DNA of 53,117 bases from a virus (lineage: Duplodnaviria > Caudoviricetes). Both the position numbers and the translations under genes were made by a program. Every line of letters starts with the position of its first letter. The stretch's first letter is position 1. Location of the stretch: IMG/VR virus record IMGVR_UViG_3300009705_000021, positions 1 through 53,117 of that record, one strand, 5' to 3'. The notes beneath the pieces were generated by a model. That model searched no databases and was not told where the DNA came from. It saw only the letters and a list, made by a program, of their open reading frames with translations. This document shows, in pieces, positions 29,018 through 38,386 of this stretch.

Positions 29018-29974
29018 TCAGTTATTCAATCCTAAGTCAGGTAGACCCTGCCACTTTGCTTTGCCACCTTTGACCGTAAGAATGTCATGGGTTTGTCCGA
29101 TAAACTCAGAGCCTTTACCCTTCATTTCCTCAACAGTCGCACGGATGACCCATTCGCCTGCGCTTAATGATTTATCCTCAGTAACACCTGCGGCTTCATC
29201 TCCCACTTTCATGTATCGAGCCATGAATAATTGTTGCGAGAAGATACGCTGTGTACCATCGACCCAATCGGGTTTTTCGCCAACAGTCATTAAGACCTTC
29301 TTACCAGACCCATCACTAACATATGTGCGGTGGGCTTTGAGGTGGAATGTGAAGAAAATCCTGTCGCAAGGTAACGAATGAATACGATTGATAGTATCTC
29401 TAAACAATTTGTTTCTTGTTCTCCATTCTGCTTGATTGAACCTGTCACCGTCTTCAACATTGATAGGTGACTTAGACCGATTCAGTAAGAACCAAGTCAT
29501 AGCAAACTCACACCATTTCATGTAAGTGGATGCTCCGTCAAATATGATAGCGGCAACATCTCCCTTTGCCACTTCTTCGGCGGCAAGCGAGACAAACCAT
29601 TCAGTCTTGCGTATTAGAGCAGGCCAGTCGGTTGAGTTATCATCATTGAAAAGTGATTCATCGAGTTCATCAAAAATACGAAAGATTTGAATGCTCGTGT
29701 CTTGTGGTGAAATGTGCTCCACCGTAGATTCTGCTGAGCAATCAAAGTCAAAAATTAGGACACGCTTCTTCTCCTTAATTTCTTTAGGTGTTCGAGCAAG
29801 GGATAAAGCCATACCTGTTTTAGCAGTATTCTCTTTGCCGACCAAAGCCATGCGAATAGGTGTTGTCCGAGCTCTTTGTGTCTGTCTGTCAAACTGTGCT
29901 CGATAATACTCTGCGTTATACTTTTCCGCAGGGTCAACCGTAGCACTTGCTTTTGCGCCCCAAGTGTTCGCCAT
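29018..29974 (-). CDS. RecA-superfamily ATPase (Sak4/AAA_24-like recombinase or annealase)
   Basis: Walker A GKENTAKT, IFDFD, Walker B AIIFDGAS; adjacent to the SSB gene. Confidence 0.75.
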   Translation of the reverse strand: MANTWGAKASATVDPAEKYNAEYYRAQFDRQTQRARTTPIRMALVGKENTAKTGMALSLARTPKEIKEKKRVLIFDFDCSAESTVEHISPQDTSIQIFRIFDELDESLFNDDNSTDWPALIRKTEWFVSLAAEEVAKGDVAAIIFDGASTYMKWCEFAMTWFLLNRSKSPINVEDGDRFNQAEWRTRNKLFRDTINRIHSLPCDRIFFTFHLKAHRTYVSDGSGKKVLMTVGEKPDWVDGTQRIFSQQLFMARYMKVGDEAAGVTEDKSLSAGEWVIRATVEEMKGKGSEFIGQTHDILTVKGGKAKWQGLPDLGLNN

Positions 29975-31209
29975 CAGTCATCCCATCCTTCGGCATCTCC
30001 GCCACTTACAGGTGCGATAGCATCGGAACACCACCAACCGTGTGTAGTGAAGCGCATTTCATCGTCACGAGATTTGTAAGTCTGCCCAACAAGAAGCACT
30101 TGTGAGCCAAGCCCGAAGTCTAAAGAGGACTCTTGTGACTTAGGAATCATAAAATCAACAGTCGGTGCAAGGGAGGTTATATCCATGTCACCAACGGACA
30201 CAGTATAGCCACCTCTTTCTCGTGGGTCAATGTGAACCACTTCACCAACAACGCCGACCCATTGGTCCCACCAATCGGATGCGTCTTTATTATTGTCGTA
30301 ATAGTCTTCAAGGACACTGAAACCGGATAGAAGTCGACCAGCAGGGAATAATCCACCCAATAGGTCAGGTACGATACCTTCCGGACCGTTTTCACCCATT
30401 GCAAATGGTGGTGCTCCAATTATACCGGCAACCGCTTCATCAGCCAAAAACTCGCTGATTTGAGGCTTGCAGTACGCAACAGCATTATTGTTACGATTAG
30501 GTCTAAGTGAAATGCGACCCGGAGTGAATGTGCTATGCTGTAAGTCAGCCGCTTCTCCATTTGCTTTCACACTGATAAGGCGTAAGTCTCCTGTTTCACC
30601 AACAGGGCGACCCAAGAAAGACGATGTGCGTTCTTTCTCTTCTTGTGGGCGTGGTGCGCCATACTTGAAGTTCTTGTCTCCGGATGGGAATGCAGGTGTA
30701 GTATTGTTCCACACAATGTAAAAAGCATCTCCAATATCGAGTTCAACATGATTCTTAGGCAAAACAGTGACCGTTTCTTCGGTTGCACCTTCGCTGAAAG
30801 AATTACCGTTCAAGGATGGATTGTAATGCTTGGTGAAGCCTTCGCCCGAAGCCTCGTAATATACGAGTTTACCTGTACGGATAAGAGCCTTAGTAATGTC
30901 ATTAAGACCATTGATGTTGAGGTCTTTAGTCATACGAGTATATGCAATTTTGCCCCAATCCTTGTAAGGAGGACAACGGATAAACATACCTTCATACGCA
31001 ACGCATCCACTGCGAGCCGCTTTGTCACCAACAACCTTGAGTTGTCGACCAGCCACACGAGCCGCTAAGACGAGACAGGTGTCTTCATCCTTACCTGCGT
31101 TCAACCATGCGGCTTTGTTCTCAGCAAGCACTGCTTGCATTTTGTCCTCAAGTGCGGTTTGTGACACACCTAAGTTTTTGCTCAATTCTTCAATCATTTT
31201 TGCTGACAT
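29974..31209 (-). CDS. RPA-like ssDNA-binding protein (OB folds)
   Basis: Archaeal RPA-like N-terminal helices; C-terminal OB fold (VVGEVVHID...YTVSVGD...GSQVLLVGQT); acidic tail. Confidence 0.65.
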   Translation of the reverse strand: MSAKMIEELSKNLGVSQTALEDKMQAVLAENKAAWLNAGKDEDTCLVLAARVAGRQLKVVGDKAARSGCVAYEGMFIRCPPYKDWGKIAYTRMTKDLNINGLNDITKALIRTGKLVYYEASGEGFTKHYNPSLNGNSFSEGATEETVTVLPKNHVELDIGDAFYIVWNNTTPAFPSGDKNFKYGAPRPQEEKERTSSFLGRPVGETGDLRLISVKANGEAADLQHSTFTPGRISLRPNRNNNAVAYCKPQISEFLADEAVAGIIGAPPFAMGENGPEGIVPDLLGGLFPAGRLLSGFSVLEDYYDNNKDASDWWDQWVGVVGEVVHIDPRERGGYTVSVGDMDITSLAPTVDFMIPKSQESSLDFGLGSQVLLVGQTYKSRDDEMRFTTHGWWCSDAIAPVSGGDAEGWDD

Positions 31210-31266
31210 ATTTATTCACTGTTTCCCGTCTACTATTGGCTACTAACTTCCCCTATATAAGCACTT

Positions 31267-32166
31267 CTATATTGTGAGCATTCGGCAGAAATTGTATGCC
31301 ACATACTCTTTAGGTACACCGCTAATGAGGTCTCGACGGCTAACGATTGCCGCTTCAATGACCTTTAGTTTTGCGTCATCGGATGCTTTGTTGTTGACCG
31401 CAAAGTCAAATACTATATCAATTGCATTCTTAGTATCAGCACCCATAAGGGCGACCGCCTTGCTTACATCACCATCCTTCATACAAAGTTTGAGTAATTT
31501 GCCCGCATCCACATCACTCTGTGTGATACTTAGGAGGAATTGTTGTCTTACTGTCCCTTTCATATATGAGGCGGCTTGTAATGCAGAGATAGCGTTCCGC
31601 ATATCCCCCTTGTGTCTATTGACAATGATTCTCAATTCATCGGGAGTCATTTCAACCGCTTCTTCAACGCAGATATGTTTTAATCTCTCATAAACCACTT
31701 CATCATCAATGGGTGCGAAGGTTCTAACTTGACACCTTGACTTGAGCCACGGAGAAACTTTATTCAAATCGTTGCAGGTTAAAATGAAATATCCCTGTGC
31801 GTTCTCGATAACTCCTTTCAGAGCATCCTGTGCCTGTGGAGTAACCCTGTCTGCTTCGTCAAGGAGGAATAGTGTTTCATACTGACCGATACGAGATAGT
31901 GGCATTACATCTTCCTCGATGAAATCAATTCCCCTTTGCTTCTTAGAGGATGCGTTAAACTCATGCAATTGAAAATCTAATTGGAGTGCCATGACACGAC
32001 CAAGTGTTGTCTTTCCGCTACCCGGTTCGGGCGAGTGGAATAAGTAATGTTGCATAGGAGCATCACCTTCAAGAATAGTTTTCATCTCGTCAGTAATAGT
32101 TTGCTGACCGACAACATCAATCAATTCCTTCGGCCTGTATTTCTCAACCCATATTTCCTTCATCAT
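31267..32166 (-). CDS. rfcS: Replication factor C small subunit (clamp loader)
   Basis: WVEKYRP, PGSGKTT, EFNAS, LLDEAD, AQDALK, LKSRC and GDMRNAI. Confidence 0.95.
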   Translation of the reverse strand: MMKEIWVEKYRPKELIDVVGQQTITDEMKTILEGDAPMQHYLFHSPEPGSGKTTLGRVMALQLDFQLHEFNASSKKQRGIDFIEEDVMPLSRIGQYETLFLLDEADRVTPQAQDALKGVIENAQGYFILTCNDLNKVSPWLKSRCQVRTFAPIDDEVVYERLKHICVEEAVEMTPDELRIIVNRHKGDMRNAISALQAASYMKGTVRQQFLLSITQSDVDAGKLLKLCMKDGDVSKAVALMGADTKNAIDIVFDFAVNNKASDDAKLKVIEAAIVSRRDLISGVPKEYVAYNFCRMLTI

Positions 32167-32167
32167 A

Positions 32168-32299
32168 TTACTCATCCCCATACATGATAGACATAAGTTC
32201 GTTATGCTCATACTTCACATAACACTTGAAACACCTCAAAGACTGATGTATCTCGAGTCTTTCTTTACAATCAATACAGTGTGTTGGCCTGTCATCCAT
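32168..32299 (-). CDS. Zn-finger microprotein (43 aa), not in ORF track
   Basis: MDDRPTHCIDCKERLEIHQSLRCFKCY...; TTTATATA box ~22 nt upstream. Confidence 0.55.
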   Translation of the reverse strand: MDDRPTHCIDCKERLEIHQSLRCFKCYVKYEHNELMSIMYGDE

Positions 32300-32337
32300 A
32301 GTGTAAGCACACTACGCCACATATATAAAGATAGTGA

Positions 32338-32889
32338 TTAACCAATGTAGCCCGACATATAGAGCCACCACTCAACAAAGTCGTGAACCGATTCCCTGTC
32401 AGTAAAATCCGATTCAATTAAGAATGCTGGGACCCAAAAGTATTCATCCAAAGCGACTTCCGAATCATGGAATAAGAATCGCTCATCAGCACCCCTATCC
32501 ATTTGTTCCTCTGGAGTAATTTCAAGCACACCAACATGACCGCCTGCCTTTCTTATTGCTGATAACTCGTTGGGGTATCTAACATCATCAATTATTATAC
32601 GCTCGTGGTGACCGAACTGCTCAATAACCTTAGCAATCCAATAACTATCCCCCGACAATTCCCTTCGCATCTCGCCCCACGCTTGATACACTATTCGCAT
32701 ATCCTCTTTATTTGTTTCTTCTAATGCCTCAAGAGCAACAAGTGACATACCCATACCTCTCGCTACTTCACGCTTAACCTCAGTACCAAAGGATATGCGT
32801 TTGAATCCGAACCGATTGACTAAATGGTTAGCAAGAGTTGTCTTGCCGCTTCGCATTTTGCCCGCTATACCTAATATGCAGGGCTTCAT
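32338..32889 (-). CDS. Deoxynucleoside monophosphate kinase (T4 gp1-like)
   Basis: GIAGKMRSGKTT, SFGTEVK, QAWGEMRR, IIDDVRYPNE and HDSE motifs; ATG at 32889. Confidence 0.88.
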   Translation of the reverse strand: MKPCILGIAGKMRSGKTTLANHLVNRFGFKRISFGTEVKREVARGMGMSLVALEALEETNKEDMRIVYQAWGEMRRELSGDSYWIAKVIEQFGHHERIIIDDVRYPNELSAIRKAGGHVGVLEITPEEQMDRGADERFLFHDSEVALDEYFWVPAFLIESDFTDRESVHDFVEWWLYMSGYIG

Positions 32890-32956
32890 CGTCACCTTAT
32901 CCTTGCGGCCTTCTTCTGCCCCCATAGTATAGCCAATGGCCGCTAATGTTATGAAA

Positions 32957-33361
32957 CTATGTCCTAAGACAAAGCAAACAATTCTCTTCATTAGGTGGTT
33001 TAATCCTTGTGCGACCACAAGCAACACATATTTTTGCCCTTTCTCTCTCCTTCTTCTTCAAAGTATTGACCGGCAGTGAGTATAGAATGTCTTCGTATGT
33101 GTGAATTAACTCCCTATTCAATAGGAATGATGGGACAGACCGATAACGACCATCACCACAGAATACACGCTTATTCTCACCCCTACTAATTTGGGGATTC
33201 TTTGATAGTAATGAGCCAAGTGAATTACCACTCGGTTCTGTAATAAGACCCCAACTCCCTGCTACTAATTTATCAAGGATTTCCTCTTTGGTCAAGGGTT
33301 CTGTTTCCTCCCAGAGCATATACACTATTGACCGCCGCACAGTAGAGTTGTTCCCTGCCAT
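32957..33361 (-). CDS. Winged-helix plus Zn-finger protein (putative transcription factor)
   Basis: PLTKEEILDKL...SLGSLLSKNP wHTH pattern; CVACG...CLLC. Confidence 0.65.
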   Translation of the reverse strand: MAGNNSTVRRSIVYMLWEETEPLTKEEILDKLVAGSWGLITEPSGNSLGSLLSKNPQISRGENKRVFCGDGRYRSVPSFLLNRELIHTYEDILYSLPVNTLKKKERERAKICVACGRTRIKPPNEENCLLCLRT

Positions 33362-33391
33362 GTATAAGGCTCGAGGTCATGCTATAAAGGG

Positions 33392-33637
33392 TTATGGTTC
33401 AATACCTAACCAAAATGGTTGAGATAAACCATCTTCACTTATCATGGTATCGGTAGGCTCATCATAGTGGTGCTGTGCTTGTTGAATAATGGTTTGCGGT
33501 CTATTAGCCTTTCTCATTTCAAGAAGCCAATGCCCAAAACTCTCGACAGCAGGGGATAGAATAGCAAACATTAGAGCGCAAAACCACATTAGATAAACCG
33601 TTGCCGCCGCATCAAGAGGTATTTCAATTACAACCAC
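33392..33637 (-). CDS. Small membrane protein
   Basis: Single TM VYLMWFCALMFAILSP. Confidence 0.5.
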   Translation of the reverse strand: MVVIEIPLDAAATVYLMWFCALMFAILSPAVESFGHWLLEMRKANRPQTIIQQAQHHYDEPTDTMISEDGLSQPFWLGIEP

Positions 33638-34290
33638 TCAATAACCGCCTCCTTAGTTTTCTTAATTGTTGATGGGACCTTGCCAACGGTTCTTAATTCA
33701 TTTCTTACTTCGGGAGCATTTTGCACTATCAATTCAGCATAGATGTCGGTTTCACGGAATCCATGAATACTCTCCTCAACCACTGCTTTCTTCTTAGGCC
33801 AATCAACCTGAGCCTGCGAAGACTTAGTACCAAACACAAGAGCAGCCCTTGCATATTTTTCATCCATCCAATAGCGAGCGTCACTAACAATTCTCATTGT
33901 ATCTATATCATCTATGCGGTTCGCACGGTGAAAAGCCTCAGCAAGAGGCATAGGGGATTGTTTGAATATACCCCAAACACGAGCCCTGTCACCCCACTTG
34001 AATAATGCGTTCATTGGTTGGTTATGATTTTCTTTCTTGGTCTTGGCTGACTTATCTATGAGTATGCCATTCCCTTCTTTTATCCCCTTGCACCCCTTGC
34101 GGGGGATGACAACCAACCGATACTCGATATACGGAAGCCACTCCTTAGCCATAGAAGCAGGGAATGATTCGCAGTGAAGAATGTATGTCATGTCCGGTAG
34201 GTTTGGGGGTGAAGTCATTTCTCCATACATAACGATAAAGTCGCCACGCTTGAAAGAGGTATCATCACCTGCATATATTATTACTCCCAT
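33628..34290 (-). CDS. Hypothetical protein ending in -EWL; candidate non-ATPase clamp-loader subunit
   Basis: 220 aa, near rfcS; shares its C-terminal motif with PolB. Function is inference only. Confidence 0.6.
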   Translation of the reverse strand: MGVIIYAGDDTSFKRGDFIVMYGEMTSPPNLPDMTYILHCESFPASMAKEWLPYIEYRLVVIPRKGCKGIKEGNGILIDKSAKTKKENHNQPMNALFKWGDRARVWGIFKQSPMPLAEAFHRANRIDDIDTMRIVSDARYWMDEKYARAALVFGTKSSQAQVDWPKKKAVVEESIHGFRETDIYAELIVQNAPEVRNELRTVGKVPSTIKKTKEAVIEWL

Positions 34291-34343
34291 TTCAATTCCG
34301 CCCTACTTACCCATTACAGATGCCCCTTATATATATGTTTATC

Positions 34344-34637
34344 TCAGTTACTTGAGGGTGTACCTTGTATGTCCTGTGGAACAACCTTATGTCCTCCACA
34401 ATGATGACAAGTTTCGACAGCATTACTTTCAAAACCTCTATAACCAATACTACCATTACCTTCACAGACCGGACATAGTATAAGCATAACACTTGCACAC
34501 ATACTGCAACGATGTTGACCTGTCACCACATTGGTTAAGGTATGAATGTTATTCCTCCACTTACCGCATTCAATGCAATAACCGACCCATTTAACATTTT
34601 TTGTATCTGTATGTAGTTTGTTTTTTCTTTTCACCAT
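34344..34637 (-). CDS. Multi-Zn-finger protein (DnaJ-type CxxCxGxG)
   Basis: CIEC, CSMC, CPVCEGNG and CHHCGG. Confidence 0.6.
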   Translation of the reverse strand: MVKRKNKLHTDTKNVKWVGYCIECGKWRNNIHTLTNVVTGQHRCSMCASVMLILCPVCEGNGSIGYRGFESNAVETCHHCGGHKVVPQDIQGTPSSN

Positions 34638-34908
34638 TCTCAATCAACTCTAATTGTCCTCGTCTGTATAATACTCCGAGAATGAATGCAACAGACTTTT
34701 GGCTGATGTGCTGAGTCTTTTGGGGGAATGTAATATATCCACTCGAATACAAATCGTGACTTGTAATCAATCCCATATCCTCTGCATCCCATAACTCGCA
34801 AGCCTTGAGCACTGCGGCCTGTCTATACGCTTTCGGTCCACCACCTCTGCTCAAAGACATTCCCCACATATTGTAAGCGAACCTTCTTCGTTTGGTCTTT
34901 CTTGCCAA
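34591..34908 (-). CDS. Basic hypothetical protein, wHTH-like
   Basis: ITSHDLY...SQKSVAFILGVLYRRGQL...TTYRY pattern. Confidence 0.55.
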   Translation of the reverse strand: MARKTKRRRFAYNMWGMSLSRGGGPKAYRQAAVLKACELWDAEDMGLITSHDLYSSGYITFPQKTQHISQKSVAFILGVLYRRGQLELIENGEKKKQTTYRYKKC

Positions 34909-35309
34909 CCTTGGTCGGGGTCATCATCCGAAGCACTGTGACGCTCATACGAGTCCAATGAAGCAGATGGATTACATCGAGCGTGAATGATTTTAATTGG
35001 GAACACTTCTTTCTTCTTAGCCCAAAAGTGCAAATCAATACCTTGTCCTCTATCATCATCGTCTTTACTTAGAAGAGGTAAATCGGATGCCCCGTTAATA
35101 CGAGCCAACCACGAATAAGCATCAACACCACCAAAGACTCCATAGCCTTCGTAGTCTGTCTCAATAATTGGGTCATGGTCTGGGGTGAGCAATAAGACTT
35201 TCTCCTTACCCTTAAAATCCTCTTCACACTTGAAACATTCCCAATCTTCTCCTTCGGATAGAATAGCCTCATCACAAGCCGCACATAACCATGAAAACTG
35301 ACCCATCAT
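34851..35309 (-). CDS. Hypothetical protein
   Basis: Operon-coupled ORF (MGQFSWLC...YEGYGVFGGVD). Confidence 0.65.
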   Translation of the reverse strand: MMGQFSWLCAACDEAILSEGEDWECFKCEEDFKGKEKVLLLTPDHDPIIETDYEGYGVFGGVDAYSWLARINGASDLPLLSKDDDDRGQGIDLHFWAKKKEVFPIKIIHARCNPSASLDSYERHSASDDDPDQGWQERPNEEGSLTICGECL

Positions 35310-35608
35310 TCATCCCCCATAATATCGGTGTAAAGAGCCATGAAGTTCTTCATCAGTGTGGCTTTAGAACCCGTGATACCAAAATACTTCTTGACATGGC
35401 TGACCTGCCAAGTGCGTGTAGGTTTTGCCCCTAATTCACACCAAAGTTTTAAGTCTCTTTTACTTACAATTAGATTCCATCTCGCATTACCCATAGGTGA
35501 ACCGCCAACCAATAATACTGATTCGCCGTTAATTCTCTTTTCATTATCACTATTCAAATCACTCATGAACGGTGATTCTAAATTGTAAGTCATGAGTTCA
35601 ACTCCCAT
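35306..35608 (-). CDS. Hypothetical protein
   Basis: Coupled ORF in the - strand operon. Confidence 0.6.
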   Translation of the reverse strand: MGVELMTYNLESPFMSDLNSDNEKRINGESVLLVGGSPMGNARWNLIVSKRDLKLWCELGAKPTRTWQVSHVKKYFGITGSKATLMKNFMALYTDIMGDE

Positions 35609-35904
35609 CTGCTAAGTGAGCCATGTTCACTATTGTATTCGGACCTGCATTCCTCCATGAATGATAGTGCTTCTCTATTGGCTTCATCAGCCTCTGCCCC
35701 AATTTCAGTATCGGGGTCTTCTAATGCTTCGGGGAATCCTTCGAGCCATTCACCGTCTTCATCGGTGCAACGCTCGTCCTCATAAGCCGCATCAAGAATC
35801 CACTCCCAAACTCTGTCTTCGTTGATAGAGTCTCCGGGCTCCCATGAATCGCACATATAGTTTTCTGCTCGGTCTATTACACATAGACTCATTTCAACCA
35901 CCAC
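35590..35904 (-). CDS. Highly acidic small protein
   Basis: D/E-rich throughout. Confidence 0.6.
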   Translation of the reverse strand: MVVEMSLCVIDRAENYMCDSWEPGDSINEDRVWEWILDAAYEDERCTDEDGEWLEGFPEALEDPDTEIGAEADEANREALSFMEECRSEYNSEHGSLSRWELNS

Positions 35905-35944
35905 AACACAATAAAGAATACTCTTGAGTTTCTATTTGGTAGCA

Positions 35945-36217
35945 TTATTCAATCACCAAATCCGATTTGTTCTTATTAACTTGAAAGTGCTCTAATGCTT
36001 GACTGTATGCGTTACTCCCCATGAAGTATATCACAAGGGGGTGACCCATCATATTCATTCGCCCACTCATTTGAACCGTATAGTAATCAATCCACATTTG
36101 TTCTGTTATTATGTATGGTGTCTCCATTATTACCACTCCATTACCATTTTGTCGATGTTGGCGACATGTATCGTGCGATAACCTAATGATTCCCAATACT
36201 CTATCAAGGGAGGCCAA
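35945..36217 (-). CDS. Small hypothetical protein (true start probably at METPY, ~36127)
   Basis: GGAGTGG RBS before METPYII. Confidence 0.5.
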   Translation of the reverse strand: MASLDRVLGIIRLSHDTCRQHRQNGNGVVIMETPYIITEQMWIDYYTVQMSGRMNMMGHPLVIYFMGSNAYSQALEHFQVNKNKSDLVIE

Positions 36218-36378
36218 TAGGCTTTGTTATTTTTATTTAAACCTGTGTGAGTTCTTCGGTCGCCATGTCTAATAGCGTTTTTGATATTTCTCTCACCCAC
36301 ACATTTAAGTGCCTCAACCATATCTTTATACTCATCGGTTTCAGTTAATTTCCTTCTTGCTTCATCTGCTGTTATCAT
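36130..36378 (-). CDS. Hypothetical protein
   Basis: ATGA-coupled ORF. Confidence 0.6.
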   Translation of the reverse strand: MITADEARRKLTETDEYKDMVEALKCVGERNIKNAIRHGDRRTHTGLNKNNKAYWPPLIEYWESLGYRTIHVANIDKMVMEW

Positions 36379-36932
36379 TCATTCTCACGCTCCTCTTTGT
36401 GTTCTTCGACTGTTTTGTTAGTATTATATCCACCATCACCTGCGAATGCTCTAAACTCTTCGGGATAGATAGTGTATTCCTCATAGATGAGGCCTTTATT
36501 CAAACCATGTTCAACATCATTTGCGACCACATCTTCCCACCATCGGATGCCATGTTGTAGTCGGCGCACTGCGATACGATAAATATCCTCAGTGTGAAAG
36601 TAAAATGCCAAATCAATTCGACCACCTGTTTCTGGTTCGTCTGCATCACGCTCATGCCAATCGGATAATGTTTCAACACAACCGACTATTTTAACAAGGT
36701 GTTTGCACCCCATGTTGCTCATGAACTCTTGTATATCATTAACATCGTCACACTGTACGACGATAGAAGGCCAAATAGCAAGGATATTGTAATCCTCCTC
36801 TTCTTCTGTTCCTAAATCAAAATGCCACCATAGAATATCGTTGGGTTTCTCGGCAGGCTTGAAATCTAAATCAACCTCTGTCAATTCAATACCTCTTTCT
36901 GCGGCTATTTCAGTAAGTGTCTTTTCGCCCAT
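36375..36932 (-). CDS. Acidic hypothetical protein
   Basis: 185-aa ORF in the operon. Confidence 0.7.
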   Translation of the reverse strand: MGEKTLTEIAAERGIELTEVDLDFKPAEKPNDILWWHFDLGTEEEEDYNILAIWPSIVVQCDDVNDIQEFMSNMGCKHLVKIVGCVETLSDWHERDADEPETGGRIDLAFYFHTEDIYRIAVRRLQHGIRWWEDVVANDVEHGLNKGLIYEEYTIYPEEFRAFAGDGGYNTNKTVEEHKEERENE

Positions 36933-36936
36933 ATCA

Positions 36937-37290
36937 TTACCACACTACGCCTTGTATATAAACATAACCCATTAGGCGTTTCCATTGACGCTCACTTAGA
37001 TTCCACATTTCACGGATAGCGATATTGGTCATCCGATACCGACCAACATACCATTGATAACCATCATCAGTTAAGACACATATTAGACCGTCTGCGTACA
37101 TAGCCCTAAGTAAATCGGGGAACTGTTTAGTGTATATTGGTTTAGTCTGTAAAGAACGATGACGCTTTCGCCATTTTGGTCTATCCTCTTCAACCTGTAA
37201 TTCCTCTTCTAAGGAAAAGTCTTTTTCGTCGGGTTTGAAAACATTATGACTACCCCTTCTGTTTGGTTTGAATCCTTGATATGTACTCAT
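36937..37290 (-). CDS. Hypothetical protein
   Basis: 117-aa ORF in the operon. Confidence 0.65.
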   Translation of the reverse strand: MSTYQGFKPNRRGSHNVFKPDEKDFSLEEELQVEEDRPKWRKRHRSLQTKPIYTKQFPDLLRAMYADGLICVLTDDGYQWYVGRYRMTNIAIREMWNLSERQWKRLMGYVYIQGVVW

Positions 37291-37440
37291 TTATCTCACT
37301 ATCCTCATTGTGCCACAGAATATACTTCTCTGATGTTCTTTAGACCATTTACCATGACGGGGTGACCTCGTGTAGCCAATATAACCACACTCATTACACC
37401 TGCGCCACTGCTTAGGTCGACCACCATTAGTACCTGCCAT
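37291..37440 (-). CDS. Basic Zn-binding microprotein (49 aa), not in ORF track
   Basis: MAGTNGGRPKQWRRCNECGYIGYTRSPRHGKWSKEHQRSIFCGTMRIVR exactly fills the gap between two genes. Confidence 0.6.
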   Translation of the reverse strand: MAGTNGGRPKQWRRCNECGYIGYTRSPRHGKWSKEHQRSIFCGTMRIVR

Positions 37441-37442
37441 AA

Positions 37443-38060
37443 TTAATCCTCTTCAATCTCAATAACATGAGATGGTTGTTTCAATCCAGCGAATCGTAAT
37501 TCAATTTGGTCAAGCAGTTTCGGTTCATGTCTTAAAGTCTCGACAAGAACACCCATCACACCATCCATTTTCTGTTGAGCCAACATCAATTGTGAATCAA
37601 CACCTATCTCTTTCTTGAGTTGTCCGACCAATCTAAGCATACCATTCAATTGTCCTGTGAGTTTGACAGCATCAGTAATCCAATCAGTATCAATCACACC
37701 GTCGAACCGTTGTCCTTCTAATTCATCAATCCAACCGTTGATTTTTAATGCTGTATTCTCAGCAAGGTTAAGTGTGCTGATAGACTCTTGGCGCATAGCC
37801 TCAATCAATCCGGCACGCACAGGGTCATATTCAAGATGTTCTTCAAGGTGAAGATTGACAGAGCCCGGTAGCCAATGGTATTTTGTTTCAAGGAATGATG
37901 GAGTAATTTCCATCCGATGTAGTTTTATTTCAATTGGAACACGATTAGGTGCATTACATAGCGCACAGTCGGGGGATTCTAAACACCACTGCAAAACAGT
38001 TACAGTCTCCTCATCCTCTTCATTCATTATTCGGGTTTCAATCTGTCTTCTCGTTTTCAT
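37443..38060 (-). CDS. Zn/HTH plus coiled-coil protein
   Basis: CALC..P.R...HLEEHL N-terminal domain, then long helices; GGAGTGA RBS. Confidence 0.65.
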   Translation of the reverse strand: MKTRRQIETRIMNEEDEETVTVLQWCLESPDCALCNAPNRVPIEIKLHRMEITPSFLETKYHWLPGSVNLHLEEHLEYDPVRAGLIEAMRQESISTLNLAENTALKINGWIDELEGQRFDGVIDTDWITDAVKLTGQLNGMLRLVGQLKKEIGVDSQLMLAQQKMDGVMGVLVETLRHEPKLLDQIELRFAGLKQPSHVIEIEED

Positions 38061-38116
38061 TTCAATCACTCCAACGGTGCTTAACTATTCCTCGCACCAC
38101 ACCATTAAATACTTTA

Positions 38117-38386
38117 CTATTGAGAAGCATCATCAACAACCTCCTTCTTACCATATAGAAAACGACTTTGTGATGTATCAAAGACCCTTATTATCAAACC
38201 ATTCTTATGTAATGCTCTTAATAGGCTGGCTATTGATGAGGAGTTAAAGTCACGACCACAGAAGCCCCTTTCTTTATTACTATTGACCCTATGTGATATA
38301 TCCTTAGCAGGTAACGGTTCATCACCAAGTGCATGAAGTGTTCGTTTGATATTTCGCTCTGTAAAAGCACCGCCCGCTTTGACCAT
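38117..38386 (-). CDS. Winged-helix protein
   Basis: PLPAKDI...SIASLLRALHKNGLI...FLYG. Confidence 0.65.
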   Translation of the reverse strand: MVKAGGAFTERNIKRTLHALGDEPLPAKDISHRVNSNKERGFCGRDFNSSSIASLLRALHKNGLIIRVFDTSQSRFLYGKKEVVDDASQ

